DNA of 64,000 bases, taken from assembly GCA_050251945.1 (NCBI GenBank), contig JBFWLW010000001.1, forward strand, positions 288,001 to 352,000. Reading direction: 5' to 3'. Shown here in pieces: positions 20,182 through 30,908 of this stretch. The notes below the pieces were generated by a model. It was given only the letters and a program-made list of their open reading frames with translations. It was not told where the DNA came from and searched no databases. The DNA comes from Deferribacterales bacterium. GTDB lineage: Bacteria; Chrysiogenota; Deferribacteres; Deferribacterales; Geovibrionaceae. How positions within the stretch are numbered: the first letter of the stretch is position 1; the number at the start of each line of letters is the position of its first letter. The translations under genes were made by a program, and so were the position numbers.

Positions 20182-20970
20182 ATGAAACTGAAACTCGGTA
20201 TTTCCACATGCCCGAATGATACATACATCTTTGCGGCAATGATAAAAGGACTGGTCAAACACAGCTTTGACTTCGATTTATACATGGACGACGTGCAGGT
20301 GCTTAACGGGCTTGCCATCAAAGGTGAGGCGGACATTGTAAAAGTATCTTACGGCGTTGTTCCTGTTGTCAAAGACAAATATAAAATACTCCGCACAGGC
20401 GGCGCACTGGGCTTCGGCTGCGGTCCGCTGGTTGTATCGGCAGAAGACGTGCCTGTCGAATCACTCAGAGGCAAAAAAATTGCCATACCGGGAGTTAACA
20501 CCAGCGCGTTCAGATTTTTCAAAATGTTTTTCGGCGAGGATTTCGAGTTTGTTGAACTCCGCTTTGACATGATAATGCCTGCGATAGCGTCAAAACAGGT
20601 TGCTGCGGGTGTGATAATCCACGAAGGACGCTTTATCTACGAACAGCAGGGGCTTAAAAAACTTTGTGACCTTGGCGGGCTTTACGAGAAAAAATTCAAC
20701 TCCCCCATACCTTTGGGAGCTATCCTGATACGCAATGAATTGCTTGATTATGCGGAAGAGATAACCTCTGTAATAAGAGCATCCATAGAGTATGCAGACA
20801 AGCATTATGAGAACATTACGGATTTTGTTAAACTCCATGCACAGGAAATGGATGATTCAGTAATAAAAAACCATATACAACTGTATGTTAACAAATATTC
20901 AAAAGATGTTACCCCTGCTATTGGCGGGTTATGCAGCTTTTTAGGAGCGGATCAGTCCGTATTTGTTTGA
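20182..20970 (+). CDS. mqnD: 1,4-dihydroxy-6-naphthoate synthase (futalosine menaquinone pathway)
   Basis: STCPNDTYIF, GALGFGCGP, IIHEGRF, PIPLG, HIQLYVN. Confidence 0.92.
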   Translation: MKLKLGISTCPNDTYIFAAMIKGLVKHSFDFDLYMDDVQVLNGLAIKGEADIVKVSYGVVPVVKDKYKILRTGGALGFGCGPLVVSAEDVPVESLRGKKIAIPGVNTSAFRFFKMFFGEDFEFVELRFDMIMPAIASKQVAAGVIIHEGRFIYEQQGLKKLCDLGGLYEKKFNSPIPLGAILIRNELLDYAEEITSVIRASIEYADKHYENITDFVKLHAQEMDDSVIKNHIQLYVNKYSKDVTPAIGGLCSFLGADQSVFV

Positions 20971-21005
20971 TTGCAGACTGAAAAGGAATCTGCTAAATAT
21001 ATTAT

Positions 21006-23126
21006 ATGAAAAAAATAGACCTGCTTCTGGGCATAAGCAATATAATCCTGAATTCTGAAGACACCGATACAACCCTGTCCAATATCGCTGCATACGTTAA
21101 AGACGCCATAGGAAGCGACGTATGCTCAATATATCTCAAGAACGGCGGAAGACTTGTGCTGGCTGCCACAAACGGTCTCAGTGAAAATGCAGTTGGAAGC
21201 ATCTCGCTGGGATTCGACGAAGGTCTCACAGGTCTTACATTTTCTGATAACAAATACACTTTCATAAGAAATGCCAAAAGCCATGAAAGATTTCATTATT
21301 TTCCGGGCATAAACGAAGAACCTTATCAGACGTTCATCGGTGTACCGCTGAAAAGCAGGGAACACGAATTCGGCGTTCTGGTATTCCAGTTCCGCAAAAA
21401 TAAACTGAACACCGAAACCGTTCAGAAGCTCCTTATGGCAGTGGCAGCACAGGTTTCGGGACTTGTTCTTCGCCATTACCTTTTACAGCAGGACGAGGCT
21501 GAGAAGGGACTGGACTATTCCGAACGGATAGAAAAGGGCGTTCCATTATCCAGCGGTATAGCATTCGGCGAGCCTGTGATGGTACTTTCCAAAATGGTTG
21601 AAAAAACTCACGACAGCGTTTCTTCGGACGAAGAACTGAGTGAATTCAGAAACGCTTTAGAAAAAACTACCAATGATCTTAAAGAATTGATAAACAAAAT
21701 GGAATCATCAAGTCAGGAGATAGCTTCAGGTATTTTTGAAACTCATCTTATGATGCTTAACGACGTTTCATTCAAAAAAGATATCGAAAACCATATCATA
21801 GAAAGAAAAAAGAGTGCATCGTTCAGCGTGCGCCACGTTGCGGATAAATATATCCGCAGGTTCCGTTCAATCAACGATGCGTATCTGAAAGAGCGTGCGC
21901 AGGATATTGAAGATATCGCCACCAGACTTCTGGAGCATTTGGGTGCTGTCTTCAAGGAAGCGAACCTGCTGGACAACAGCGTTGTGTTCGCGAACAGGCT
22001 CACACCCGGGGAAACTGCGTCACTGGATCTTGAGCGCGTATGCGGATTCGTAACAGAGAAGGACGGCGTTACCAGCCACACTGCGATTCTTGCAAAAAGC
22101 CGCAAAATACCCGCTGTTACGGGGATTCCGAACCTTCATAATAAGCTTGAATACGCTCAGTCCGTAATTGTAGACGGATACGACGGAATAGTGATATTCA
22201 ATCCTACGCAGGAAACAATTGATAAATATAATGCAAAAATGTCCGCGAAGCACACTCAGCCGGAGGGCAGGGATATCGCCTGTCAGCTTGTGCCTCTGAA
22301 AGACGGTTCCATGGTGCATTTTTATGCCAACATATCCAGCGTTCTGGATTCCGAAAAAGCCGGGCTTTTCTGCGCCGAGGGAATAGGGCTGGTGCGGACA
22401 GAAATTTTCTATCTGCGTCAGGATATTCCGTTCACAGTTGAAAATCAGATCGAGATATACAAAGACATAATGCGTGCGTTTACAGACAAACACGTTGTTT
22501 TCAGGCTTCTGGATATAGGTTCTGACAAAAAAACAGCCTATGAGGCGGATGAAGACAATCCGGCACTTGGCAACAGAGGCGTAAGGCTTCTTTTGACCGA
22601 TTATAAAAAAATGCTGGACGACCAACTTAAAGCTCTGATAACACTGCATAAGAGCTATCCGAATCTTAAAATTCTGGTGCCCTTCATCGCCGACGTTGAA
22701 GAATTTTTCTGTGTAAAAAACCGCGCCCGCGAAATTGCCGCAGAACTGGAACTTGAAATGCCTGATTTTGGCGTTATGCTGGAAATTCCTTCTGTTATCT
22801 ATCAGATGGAGCTTATGCGCGGCGAGTGTTCATTTTTCAGTATAGGCACAAACGACATGTTCCAGTATTTCTTTGCTCTGGACAGGGGCAACCCCATGGT
22901 CAGCTCGCTTTACAAGCTTGATAACCCCGCATTCTTAAGTCTGCTGCGACGCATCCTTGAAAGGGCGAACAGCATTAACATTCCGGTTGAAATATGCGGA
23001 GAGATGGCGGCTGATCCCGAAATACTTGTCAAACTCATAGAAATGGGCTACAGAGATTTCAGCGTCAGCCCGTATGCCATAAGCGAACTCAAACATCATC
23101 TTTTGAATACGGTAATAGATATTTGA
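21006..23126 (+). CDS. ptsP: PEP-protein phosphotransferase with N-terminal GAF domain (EI-Ntr type)
   Basis: GAF domain; TSHTAI phospho-His; GLVRTE; NPALGNRGVR; SIGTND; ICGEMA. Confidence 0.92.
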   Translation: MKKIDLLLGISNIILNSEDTDTTLSNIAAYVKDAIGSDVCSIYLKNGGRLVLAATNGLSENAVGSISLGFDEGLTGLTFSDNKYTFIRNAKSHERFHYFPGINEEPYQTFIGVPLKSREHEFGVLVFQFRKNKLNTETVQKLLMAVAAQVSGLVLRHYLLQQDEAEKGLDYSERIEKGVPLSSGIAFGEPVMVLSKMVEKTHDSVSSDEELSEFRNALEKTTNDLKELINKMESSSQEIASGIFETHLMMLNDVSFKKDIENHIIERKKSASFSVRHVADKYIRRFRSINDAYLKERAQDIEDIATRLLEHLGAVFKEANLLDNSVVFANRLTPGETASLDLERVCGFVTEKDGVTSHTAILAKSRKIPAVTGIPNLHNKLEYAQSVIVDGYDGIVIFNPTQETIDKYNAKMSAKHTQPEGRDIACQLVPLKDGSMVHFYANISSVLDSEKAGLFCAEGIGLVRTEIFYLRQDIPFTVENQIEIYKDIMRAFTDKHVVFRLLDIGSDKKTAYEADEDNPALGNRGVRLLLTDYKKMLDDQLKALITLHKSYPNLKILVPFIADVEEFFCVKNRAREIAAELELEMPDFGVMLEIPSVIYQMELMRGECSFFSIGTNDMFQYFFALDRGNPMVSSLYKLDNPAFLSLLRRILERANSINIPVEICGEMAADPEILVKLIEMGYRDFSVSPYAISELKHHLLNTVIDI

Positions 23127-23713
23127 CCGCGCTGTACGCCTACCTGATATTTTACTGTATTCTGCACAGCGTGCTTGCAGACAGAAAACTTATCGGGCGT
23201 GTGTACGGTCTCTGGTGGTACAGATTCTTTTATGTTATTCAGTCTGTTGTCTTGTTGATTCCATATCCTTTTTTGTACATGAGCATAAACCACACTCCAT
23301 TCTTTAATCCGCCACTTTTCGGTAAGATTCTACTGGGAATAATATGGTTTTCAGGTCTGTTTTTCGGTCTTTATGCGTCAAAATCATATGATAACGGCAT
23401 GTTTTTGGGTTTATCTCATATAAAAGCACGGATACGGGGTGAAAGACAGCCTGAAAACCCTAAAGAACTGAAAACAAGCGGCGCTTTGGCGGTTGTCAGA
23501 CATCCTTACTACACAGCAGGGCTTATTCTTATCTGGGCAAGACCAATGAACATGACCGATTTCGTTATAACACTGATTCTTACCGTCTATTTCATTTTTG
23601 GCTACATAAACGAAGAGCGCAAACTTATAAAAGAATTCGGGCAGGATTATATAGAATACCGCAAAAAAGTTCCCGCTCTGATACCTAAAATAGGGTTCAG
23701 AAATGAAAAATAA
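23123..23713 (+). CDS. membrane methyltransferase family protein (NnrU/ICMT/MddA-like)
   Basis: LHSVLA, VRHPYY, EERKL..EFG..Y.EYRKKVP.LIP. Confidence 0.8.
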   Translation: MTALYAYLIFYCILHSVLADRKLIGRVYGLWWYRFFYVIQSVVLLIPYPFLYMSINHTPFFNPPLFGKILLGIIWFSGLFFGLYASKSYDNGMFLGLSHIKARIRGERQPENPKELKTSGALAVVRHPYYTAGLILIWARPMNMTDFVITLILTVYFIFGYINEERKLIKEFGQDYIEYRKKVPALIPKIGFRNEK

Positions 23714-24314
23714 TGCCTTATGCGTCATATTTATCAAATACCCCGAAGCCGGAAAGGTGAAAACCAGACTTGGCAGGACGATTGGCATGGAAAAAGCTGC
23801 TGAAATATACAAAAAACTGGCTGAAAATACCGTTTTGTCTTTAAAATCCACCGATTATGATCTTATGATTGCTATTACACCTGACGAGAAAAAGGATGAG
23901 TTCAGACTCTGGCTCGGTGATATGCAGTATATTGCCCAGGCTGAAGGCGATCTGGGCGAAAAGATGCAAAACGCATTTGAGTATGCCTTTCAGAAGGGGT
24001 ACAATCAATGTATAGTTACTGGAAGCGATATACCGGAACTTAATAAAAATATTATTTCAGAAGGGTTCAAAGCACTCAACAATTACGATACGGTAGTAGG
24101 CAGAGCGCAGGACGGCGGCTATTACCTTATCGGAATGAATTGCGGTGCCAGTGATTATTCTATATTCAGCAATATGATATGGAGTACTGACACTGTTTTG
24201 AGCGAGACTGTGAAAAGACTTTCAGTACACGGAAAAACCTATGCGATGCTTGATACGCTTGATGACATTGATACTGAACAGGATCTTCTGAAATTCGGGG
24301 ATAGATTTGTTTAA
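23703..24314 (+). CDS. TIGR04282/DUF2064-like glycosyltransferase-like protein
   Basis: KYPEAGKVKTRL, Q.EGDLGEKM, GSDIP, AQDGGYYLIG, DIDTEQDL. Confidence 0.85.
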   Translation: MKNNALCVIFIKYPEAGKVKTRLGRTIGMEKAAEIYKKLAENTVLSLKSTDYDLMIAITPDEKKDEFRLWLGDMQYIAQAEGDLGEKMQNAFEYAFQKGYNQCIVTGSDIPELNKNIISEGFKALNNYDTVVGRAQDGGYYLIGMNCGASDYSIFSNMIWSTDTVLSETVKRLSVHGKTYAMLDTLDDIDTEQDLLKFGDRFV

Positions 24315-24978
24315 GAAGCTGATAATTCTCATAATTATTGCCATAGTTATCATCGTTCTGCGCAACAGTGAATACGCACATATGGTTACGTTCAGCTATC
24401 TGAAATCTCATGCAGATGGATTTAAAATCTTTGTGCATCAGCATTATATGATCTCACTGATCCTTTATTCAGCGGGATATTTTCTTTATACAGCCTTTGC
24501 TCTTCCCGGAGCAATCATAATAAGTCTTTTCGGCGGCTATGTTTTTGGCGTTCTGGTGAGTCTTGTTCTCTCTGTTACAGCGGCAACGGCAGGCGCATCC
24601 GCAGCATTTTTCATATCCAGATACGTTCTGGGTTCTTATATACACGAAAAATATCAGCGTCAGCTTGCACTCTTCAACACTGAGCTTTCAAAGAACGGAC
24701 ACCTTTATCTGCTGACACTCAGATTCATTCCCATATTCCCTTTTTTCCTGATTAACATACTGGCTGGATTGACAAATATACCGTTTCGCACTTTCCTCTG
24801 GACAACGGCAGCGGGTATCATTCCCGGCGGATTCGTCATCATGTTTGCGGGAAGCAGGCTTGGTGAAATCAACTCACCTGACGAGATATTCTCTCAGAAA
24901 ATGCTTCTTGTCTTCATTTTCCTTGGAATTATGATGCTGATTCCAGTAATTTACAACAAAATAAAGAGTAAAAAATGA
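24307..24978 (+). CDS. TVP38/TMEM64 (DedA/VTT) membrane protein
   Basis: LPGA, LRFIPIFPFFLIN, FLWTTAAGIIPG. Confidence 0.88.
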   Translation: MFKKLIILIIIAIVIIVLRNSEYAHMVTFSYLKSHADGFKIFVHQHYMISLILYSAGYFLYTAFALPGAIIISLFGGYVFGVLVSLVLSVTAATAGASAAFFISRYVLGSYIHEKYQRQLALFNTELSKNGHLYLLTLRFIPIFPFFLINILAGLTNIPFRTFLWTTAAGIIPGGFVIMFAGSRLGEINSPDEIFSQKMLLVFIFLGIMMLIPVIYNKIKSKK

Positions 24979-25625
24979 CAATATCAGTCATTATACCTGT
25001 TTTCTATGAACAAAACTCTATAAACGAGGCTGTAAAGCGTCTGAAAAACTGTGAAATCATAGTTTCCGACTGTAACGGAAGAACTCTCGATGTTATTTCA
25101 GATGAAAACGTTAAAAAAATACTGTCACTCAAGGGAAGGGGAGTTCAGATGAACAGAGGCGCCCGGTCAGCTACAGGCGAAATACTGCTTTTTCTCCATT
25201 GTGACACGATTTTGCCTGATAACTGGCAGGAATCGGTTAAAAATTGCCTTGAATCAGCTGATTACGGTGCTTTTTCATTGGGTATTGACAGCAAAAGACC
25301 TGTTTTTCGCATAATTGAGTTCTTTTCAAACATAAGATGTCGTTTAACAAAAATACCCTATGGCGATCAGGCTATTTTTATAAAAAAAGAGTGTTTCAAA
25401 GGCTATCAGAACTATCCTATATTTGAAGATTACAGACTTATGCAGGATGCAAAGCACTCAAAACTGAAATTCAGACTGGCAGGAAAAAAAGTTAAGACTT
25501 CCGCAAGGCGCTGGGAAAAAGAGGGCGTGCTTTATACAACCTTTCGCAACTGGCTACTGACACTTCGTTATTTGTCTGGAACCCATCCTGACAGATTAAA
25601 AAAACAGTATGGTGATACAAGGTGA
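24975..25625 (+). CDS. TIGR04283-like GT2 glycosyltransferase
   Basis: GRGVQMNRGA, LFLHCDT, PYGDQAIF, FED, TSARRW. Confidence 0.87.
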   Translation: MTISVIIPVFYEQNSINEAVKRLKNCEIIVSDCNGRTLDVISDENVKKILSLKGRGVQMNRGARSATGEILLFLHCDTILPDNWQESVKNCLESADYGAFSLGIDSKRPVFRIIEFFSNIRCRLTKIPYGDQAIFIKKECFKGYQNYPIFEDYRLMQDAKHSKLKFRLAGKKVKTSARRWEKEGVLYTTFRNWLLTLRYLSGTHPDRLKKQYGDTR

Positions 25626-26092
25626 AGGAGCTTTATCTCATTGCCGCAATGACTGAGAATAGAATCATAGGCGCAGCAGGAAAAATACCCTGGCACATTC
25701 CGGAGGAGTTACAGCTTTTTAAAAAACTGACCACAGGCAATATAATAGTAATGGGCAGAAGAACATACGAATCCATAGGCAGACCGCTTCCGGACAGGGA
25801 GAATATCGTTATCACCTCACAAAAGATTGAAGGTGTCACCACATGCCAGTCGATACTGGAGGCCGTCAGAATAGGCGAGCGATCGGACAAAAAATTGTTT
25901 TTTATCGGCGGTGCAAGTATTTACAATCATACTGTCAATATTGTGGATCACATGTATATCTCATGGGTGAAAGGTCGCTACAAAGGAGATACATTCTTTC
26001 CGGAAATTGATTTTATGAAATGGCGCGAGGCTGAAAAAGTCTTTAACGACAGATTCGTTATGGTGCATTACGTCCGCGAAAGTTCCTCGTAA
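25622..26092 (+). CDS. folA: dihydrofolate reductase
   Basis: IPWH, MGRRTYESIGRPLPDREN, IGGASIY, GDTFFP. Confidence 0.93.
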   Translation: MKELYLIAAMTENRIIGAAGKIPWHIPEELQLFKKLTTGNIIVMGRRTYESIGRPLPDRENIVITSQKIEGVTTCQSILEAVRIGERSDKKLFFIGGASIYNHTVNIVDHMYISWVKGRYKGDTFFPEIDFMKWREAEKVFNDRFVMVHYVRESSS

Positions 26093-27147
26093 AGTCTGAT
26101 ATAGCCGGAAACCATTGCGTTGTCAGAAAATTTCAGCGCCGTATGAAAACCGTTCGATGAAAATTTATCTGCAATACTCCTGTCATCGTACATCAGATTG
26201 AAACTTTCGGAAAGCGCTTCAGCATCCTTAACCTGTGTAAGCAGTCCGTTGAAATTATTTTTCACAAGTTCGGGGATTCCGCCTGCGGCAGTGGCAGCAA
26301 CAGGACGCATCATGAACATCGCATCAATAATGGACGTACAAAGTCCTTCCGTTTTTGAAGACATACAGAAAATGTCAAAAAGAGCTATATGTTCGTATAC
26401 GTTTTCAGTATGACCAGTGAAAATTATGCTGCTGTTGTAGGGAGTTGCTTCGGCATAAGCTTTAATCTCCGCATAAAGCGGACCGCCGCCGACAATGACC
26501 AGCACGGCATTTTCGGCTTCCGATCTGAAACGAATGAACGCATCTATTAATGTTTTCTGGTCTTTATGGTCTGAAATATTAGCTACGTTGCCTATAACGT
26601 ATTTGCCGTAAAGTTCATATTTTTCAATAAGTTTTCTATATAATTCATAGTTGATGGCTTTGGGAAAACGAACGCCGCTGTTGATGAGGCGTATTTTTGA
26701 CCTGCTGATACCGTCGTTGATGAGCATGTCCCTGATGGCTCTGGATATTGCTACAACGATATCAACCTGACGGTTGTCATATTTTTTTCTGCTGAAATAT
26801 CCTTTATTGACAGAAAAATCCACGCGTCTGGTATTTATCAGTTTGAAGTTAGTACCCATTACTTTTGTCAGAAGCGCAGGGGTAAGCGAGTGAGCGTCGT
26901 GGGTATGTACTATATCTGGTTTTTCCTTGCGTATCAGCTTTTTAAGTTCTCGCATAAAGCTGAGGTCAGTTTCACCTTTAAATTTCATGGGGACGATGGA
27001 TTCGATCCCCCTTTTCGGGAATTGTCCTTCCTCATTGCAAACCAGAATGGACTGAAAGCCCGATTCCAGAAGTCCTTCATGCAGAAACTGAGCCTGCCGC
27101 TGTCCGCCGCGCCATTCCTTTCCTGTGTCGATGTGGATTATTTTCAT
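26068..27147 (-). CDS. GT4 glycosyltransferase
   Basis: WRGGQRQ, HKDQ, SKTEGLCTS..DAM, GGIPE. Confidence 0.88.
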   Translation of the reverse strand: MKIIHIDTGKEWRGGQRQAQFLHEGLLESGFQSILVCNEEGQFPKRGIESIVPMKFKGETDLSFMRELKKLIRKEKPDIVHTHDAHSLTPALLTKVMGTNFKLINTRRVDFSVNKGYFSRKKYDNRQVDIVVAISRAIRDMLINDGISRSKIRLINSGVRFPKAINYELYRKLIEKYELYGKYVIGNVANISDHKDQKTLIDAFIRFRSEAENAVLVIVGGGPLYAEIKAYAEATPYNSSIIFTGHTENVYEHIALFDIFCMSSKTEGLCTSIIDAMFMMRPVAATAAGGIPELVKNNFNGLLTQVKDAEALSESFNLMYDDRSIADKFSSNGFHTALKFSDNAMVSGYIRLYEELSRT

Positions 27148-27599
27148 CAGCCAACCATATAAGTGCCTGTTCCGGCAGCAATAAGTATATTTTCATTGTT
27201 TTTCAGTTTTGTTCTGACAACGGAGACCTTGTTGCCTGTGCGCATAACCTCGCCAGTCGCTATGAAAAAATCACCGCGCCCCGGGCGCAGATAGTCCACC
27301 CGCATGTCGATTGTGCCGAGTTTCTCGAATTTTCGCATAATCTCAGTTTTCGGTTCGTCTTTCATACGGTTGATTACTCCGTCCACGGCCACTATGGCGC
27401 CTATTATGTCCAATACACTGGAAATTACGCCGCCGTGCAGAATATTCTGCATATAATTGCCTATCAGGTGTTCCCGTTTTTCAAGTCTGATATACGGGTT
27501 AAGTAACTCATCCAGCAAAACTTTTATTCCGAGGTTGTTGCTGAACGGCGTATTCGTTTCAAAAACTTCTTTTATGCATTCGTAAACTTTTGCGTCCAT
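27147..27599 (-). CDS. PaaI/hotdog-fold thioesterase
   Basis: LHGGVISSVLD, TIDMRVDYLRPG. Confidence 0.88.
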   Translation of the reverse strand: MDAKVYECIKEVFETNTPFSNNLGIKVLLDELLNPYIRLEKREHLIGNYMQNILHGGVISSVLDIIGAIVAVDGVINRMKDEPKTEIMRKFEKLGTIDMRVDYLRPGRGDFFIATGEVMRTGNKVSVVRTKLKNNENILIAAGTGTYMVG

Positions 27600-27681
27600 T
27601 CAACCATCTTACTTTCAAAAGACTGTTCTTGTCAAATATCCATCACTCTTATACAATAGGTTTTTGTATAAAGGAGAATTA

Positions 27682-28521
27682 ATGTTGATTGAGGCTGTTG
27701 AGCTTGTGAAGAAATTCGACAAAAAAGCCGCTGTGGACGGTATTTCGCTCTCTGTAGACTCAGGGGAATCTGTTGCTCTTCTTGGACCCAACGGGGCAGG
27801 AAAGACAACCACCGTGAACATGCTGACAGGACTTTCCCGTCCGACATCCGGAAAGATACTTTATAACGGAAAGTTATTCAGCGCCGACGATAACAACATA
27901 AAAAGAGAGATAGGTGTAGTTCCGCAGCATAACAACGTGGATCGCGATCTCACTGTCGAAGAGAACCTGATTGTGCACTGCAAGCTCTTCGGAATAAAAG
28001 ATATCCAAAAAGCTGTGAAGAGTGCGCTAGATTTTTCTGGACTGGGTGACCACAGGGACAAGACTGCGGAAAAACTCTCAGGCGGTATGAAACGCCGGCT
28101 GGTGATAGCCCGCGCGCTTCTGCATGATCCGAAGGTGCTTTTTCTGGACGAACCCACAACCGGACTGGACGCAAGCGTTCGCAGAACCCTCTGGAGCTTC
28201 ATCCGTTCAATCAATAAAACCCACGGATGCACGGTTATCATGACCACCCACTACATAGAAGAGGCGGAGATGCTCTCTGACCGCGTTATAATCATGGACA
28301 GCGGGAAAATAGCCGCTGAGGGAAAAACAAAAGAGCTGAAAGACACAATAGGCAAGTATGCTCTTGATGTTTATAAGGAAAATGAAATAGAAACTATGTA
28401 TTTCGAGACACGTCATGAAGCGATAAGCGCCCTTGAAAAGATAACCGAGGAAGCCAAAGTGCGGGAAGTGACGCTTGAAGATGTGTATCTGAAAATAACC
28501 GGACGAAGGATAGACGCATGA
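27682..28521 (+). CDS. ABC exporter ATPase (NodI/DrrA-like)
   Basis: GPNGAGKTT, LSGGMKRRL, DEPTTGLD, TTHYIEEAE, TLEDVYLKITGR. Confidence 0.9.
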   Translation: MLIEAVELVKKFDKKAAVDGISLSVDSGESVALLGPNGAGKTTTVNMLTGLSRPTSGKILYNGKLFSADDNNIKREIGVVPQHNNVDRDLTVEENLIVHCKLFGIKDIQKAVKSALDFSGLGDHRDKTAEKLSGGMKRRLVIARALLHDPKVLFLDEPTTGLDASVRRTLWSFIRSINKTHGCTVIMTTHYIEEAEMLSDRVIIMDSGKIAAEGKTKELKDTIGKYALDVYKENEIETMYFETRHEAISALEKITEEAKVREVTLEDVYLKITGRRIDA

Positions 28522-29255
28522 ACGGCATCAAAGGCGTACTCTACCGCGAAATGAGAGTTTTGAAAAGCCGCATATACCGCAATATCTTAGCGTCTTCCGT
28601 ATCGCCGCTTCTGTTTCTTCTGGCGTTCGGATACGGAATAGGCAAAAACTCAACCGTCGGACAGACGGGGTACATAGATTTCCTTATCCCGGGTCTGATC
28701 GCCATGACCAGCATGAACCAGAGCTATGGAATATCCAGTGATATCAACATCTCACGTTTTTATTTCAAAACGTTCGACGAATATCTTCTTGCTCCCGTCG
28801 GCAGATGGGAGATAATCACAGGAGAGGTGATTTACGGCATAATCAAAGGGCTTATCCCTGTTTTAATAATACTGATATACGGTTACATAGCGGGTATGCG
28901 TCATATTCCTTCGCTGGTAATGATTCCGGCACTGCTGATGCACCTGATAATCTTTTCGCTTATGGGTATAGCTGTTGCGCTTAAAGTCAAGAACCATGGC
29001 GACCAGTTCGCTGTGAATGCATTTGTTATCACCCCTATGATATTTTTGTCCGGCACGTTTTATCCTGTGGATAAAATGCCCTTAGTTGTCAAGTATCTGG
29101 CACATATTTTTCCCATGACATACACTACAACTCTCATACGCGGCTCTGTTATAGGTACGGAAACGGCATATCTGCTGAATTTCGGCATTTCCGCTTTGAT
29201 CGCCGGTTTTCTGTTCTGGCTCTGCCTGCGAATTGTAAAGGGGATGGAGCCGTGA
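28518..29255 (+). CDS. ABC-2 type exporter permease
   Basis: YIDFLIPGL, PMIFLSGTFYP; six hydrophobic segments. Confidence 0.88.
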   Translation: MNGIKGVLYREMRVLKSRIYRNILASSVSPLLFLLAFGYGIGKNSTVGQTGYIDFLIPGLIAMTSMNQSYGISSDINISRFYFKTFDEYLLAPVGRWEIITGEVIYGIIKGLIPVLIILIYGYIAGMRHIPSLVMIPALLMHLIIFSLMGIAVALKVKNHGDQFAVNAFVITPMIFLSGTFYPVDKMPLVVKYLAHIFPMTYTTTLIRGSVIGTETAYLLNFGISALIAGFLFWLCLRIVKGMEP

Positions 29256-30190
29256 GATACCTCTGGCTGCTGTTTGTTATAATCGCCATTGCGTCTTCAT
29301 TGTTCTTTGGCTCTGTGAAGCTGGACATACTAAGCGGCGACAATCTTGACATCATAACGAACCTGCGGCTGCCGAGAGCTGTTTTCTCATTTCTGATCGG
29401 AGCGATGCTCGGGCTTTCAGGCTCCGTGTATCAGCTTGTATTGCGAAATCCGCTTGCGGACAGCTTCACGACAGGCGCGGCATCTTCTTCCGCTTTGGGG
29501 GCTGTTTTTGCCATTGCGGCGGGCTTTTCTCCGGTATACGTTCCTCCGTTCGCATTTCTGACAGGTATTCTGGGACTCTGGCTGGTCTATAAATTATCCG
29601 GAGGCGCAAAAGGCGCTGTGACTATGATACTTTGCGGCGTGATAGTTAATATAGTGGCATCATCCATCATGGGATTCATAAAATTCTATTTTGACGAATC
29701 GCTCTCGTCTGTGGTCTTCTGGCTCATGGGCGGTTTCAGTTATATAGATTACTACGAACTTGCTATTGTTTTTCTCGTGCTGGCAGCAGCTTTCATGTAT
29801 CTGAACGGACGCGCGCCTGTGCTTGATATGCTGGTTTTCGACGACAGCACGGCAAGAACAGGCGGTGTGAACATCAGAAAGGAGAGGGCGGGGGCATTTG
29901 TAACGGCGACAATACTTGTTTCTGTTGCAGTAAGTTACAGCGGACTTATAGGTTTTGTCGGTTTGATAGTTCCGCACATTGCCCGCAGTATATTCCGACC
30001 TGATATGAAGACAAACCTTTATTATTCAATGATATTCGGCGGGCTTCTGCTTTTAGGCGCTGATACTTTCGCACGATCGGCCATAAGCTCCGGCGCGGAA
30101 CTGCCTGTCGGCATAGTTACGGCGGTTATAGGCGGCATCTTCTTCTTTTACATTCTGGTCAAGCGCCGTGCGGAGATGTGGCATGATTAA
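29252..30190 (+). CDS. FecCD/BtuC-family importer permease
   Basis: LRLPR, LRNPLA, IGFVGLIVPHIAR, ELPVGIVTA. Confidence 0.9.
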   Translation: MRYLWLLFVIIAIASSLFFGSVKLDILSGDNLDIITNLRLPRAVFSFLIGAMLGLSGSVYQLVLRNPLADSFTTGAASSSALGAVFAIAAGFSPVYVPPFAFLTGILGLWLVYKLSGGAKGAVTMILCGVIVNIVASSIMGFIKFYFDESLSSVVFWLMGGFSYIDYYELAIVFLVLAAAFMYLNGRAPVLDMLVFDDSTARTGGVNIRKERAGAFVTATILVSVAVSYSGLIGFVGLIVPHIARSIFRPDMKTNLYYSMIFGGLLLLGADTFARSAISSGAELPVGIVTAVIGGIFFFYILVKRRAEMWHD

Positions 30191-30908
30191 ATACGGCAAA
30201 ATATATTATAAAAGAAGTGATTTTGCGCTTGATATAAATGATTTATTAATAAGAACTCATGATAAAGTTGCGATACTTGGCGAAAATGGATGTGGTAAAA
30301 GCACTTTTATTAATTATAGTTGCGGTTTGCTAGATTCTGACATAAACGTTTCCTATATGGACAGACCGTTGAAAAGCATGTCCACAGAGGACAGAGCCAA
30401 AATGTTCGCTCTTTTCGCACAGAATCCGGATGTAGCGTTTCCATTTACAGTGTTTGAGATTGTCCGCATGGGCAGATTCCGCATGTGCGGCGGAAACTAC
30501 AGCAAAAAAGATGATGAAAAGACCATTGAGAAACTGACGCTCTTTGATATCGTAAAGTACAAGGACAGACGCCTTAACGAACTTTCAGGCGGCGAAAAAA
30601 GACGCGTTCTTCTGGCGCGGGCTTTCAATCAGGAAACACCTTTCCTGTTTCTTGACGAACCGGTAAGCATGCTGGATATAAGACATTCCCTCGAAATAAT
30701 GAATATCATTGAAGATACTATGAAAACTGTAATAGCATCCATGCACGACATCAACCTCGCAATGAGATATTTCAAACGCCTGATATTCATGAAAGACGGA
30801 CAGATACTTTATGATATATCCAATAGTGAAGTAACTCCAAATATCATAGAAGAGGTTTATAATGTTAAGATTTCTCCTAATTTCCGCGATTATTCTTTCA
30901 TCATTTAG
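30183..30908 (+). CDS. FecE/BtuD-family ABC ATPase
   Basis: GENGCGKS, LSGGEKRR, LDEP, HDINLA. Confidence 0.88.
   Translation: MIKYGKIYYKRSDFALDINDLLIRTHDKVAILGENGCGKSTFINYSCGLLDSDINVSYMDRPLKSMSTEDRAKMFALFAQNPDVAFPFTVFEIVRMGRFRMCGGNYSKKDDEKTIEKLTLFDIVKYKDRRLNELSGGEKRRVLLARAFNQETPFLFLDEPVSMLDIRHSLEIMNIIEDTMKTVIASMHDINLAMRYFKRLIFMKDGQILYDISNSEVTPNIIEEVYNVKISPNFRDYSFII

Noticed and set aside
27600..27681. Cobalamin riboswitch or Fur box before the ABC operon
   Set aside because: Gap is only about 80 bp with divergent promoters; no B12-box or convincing Fur palindrome
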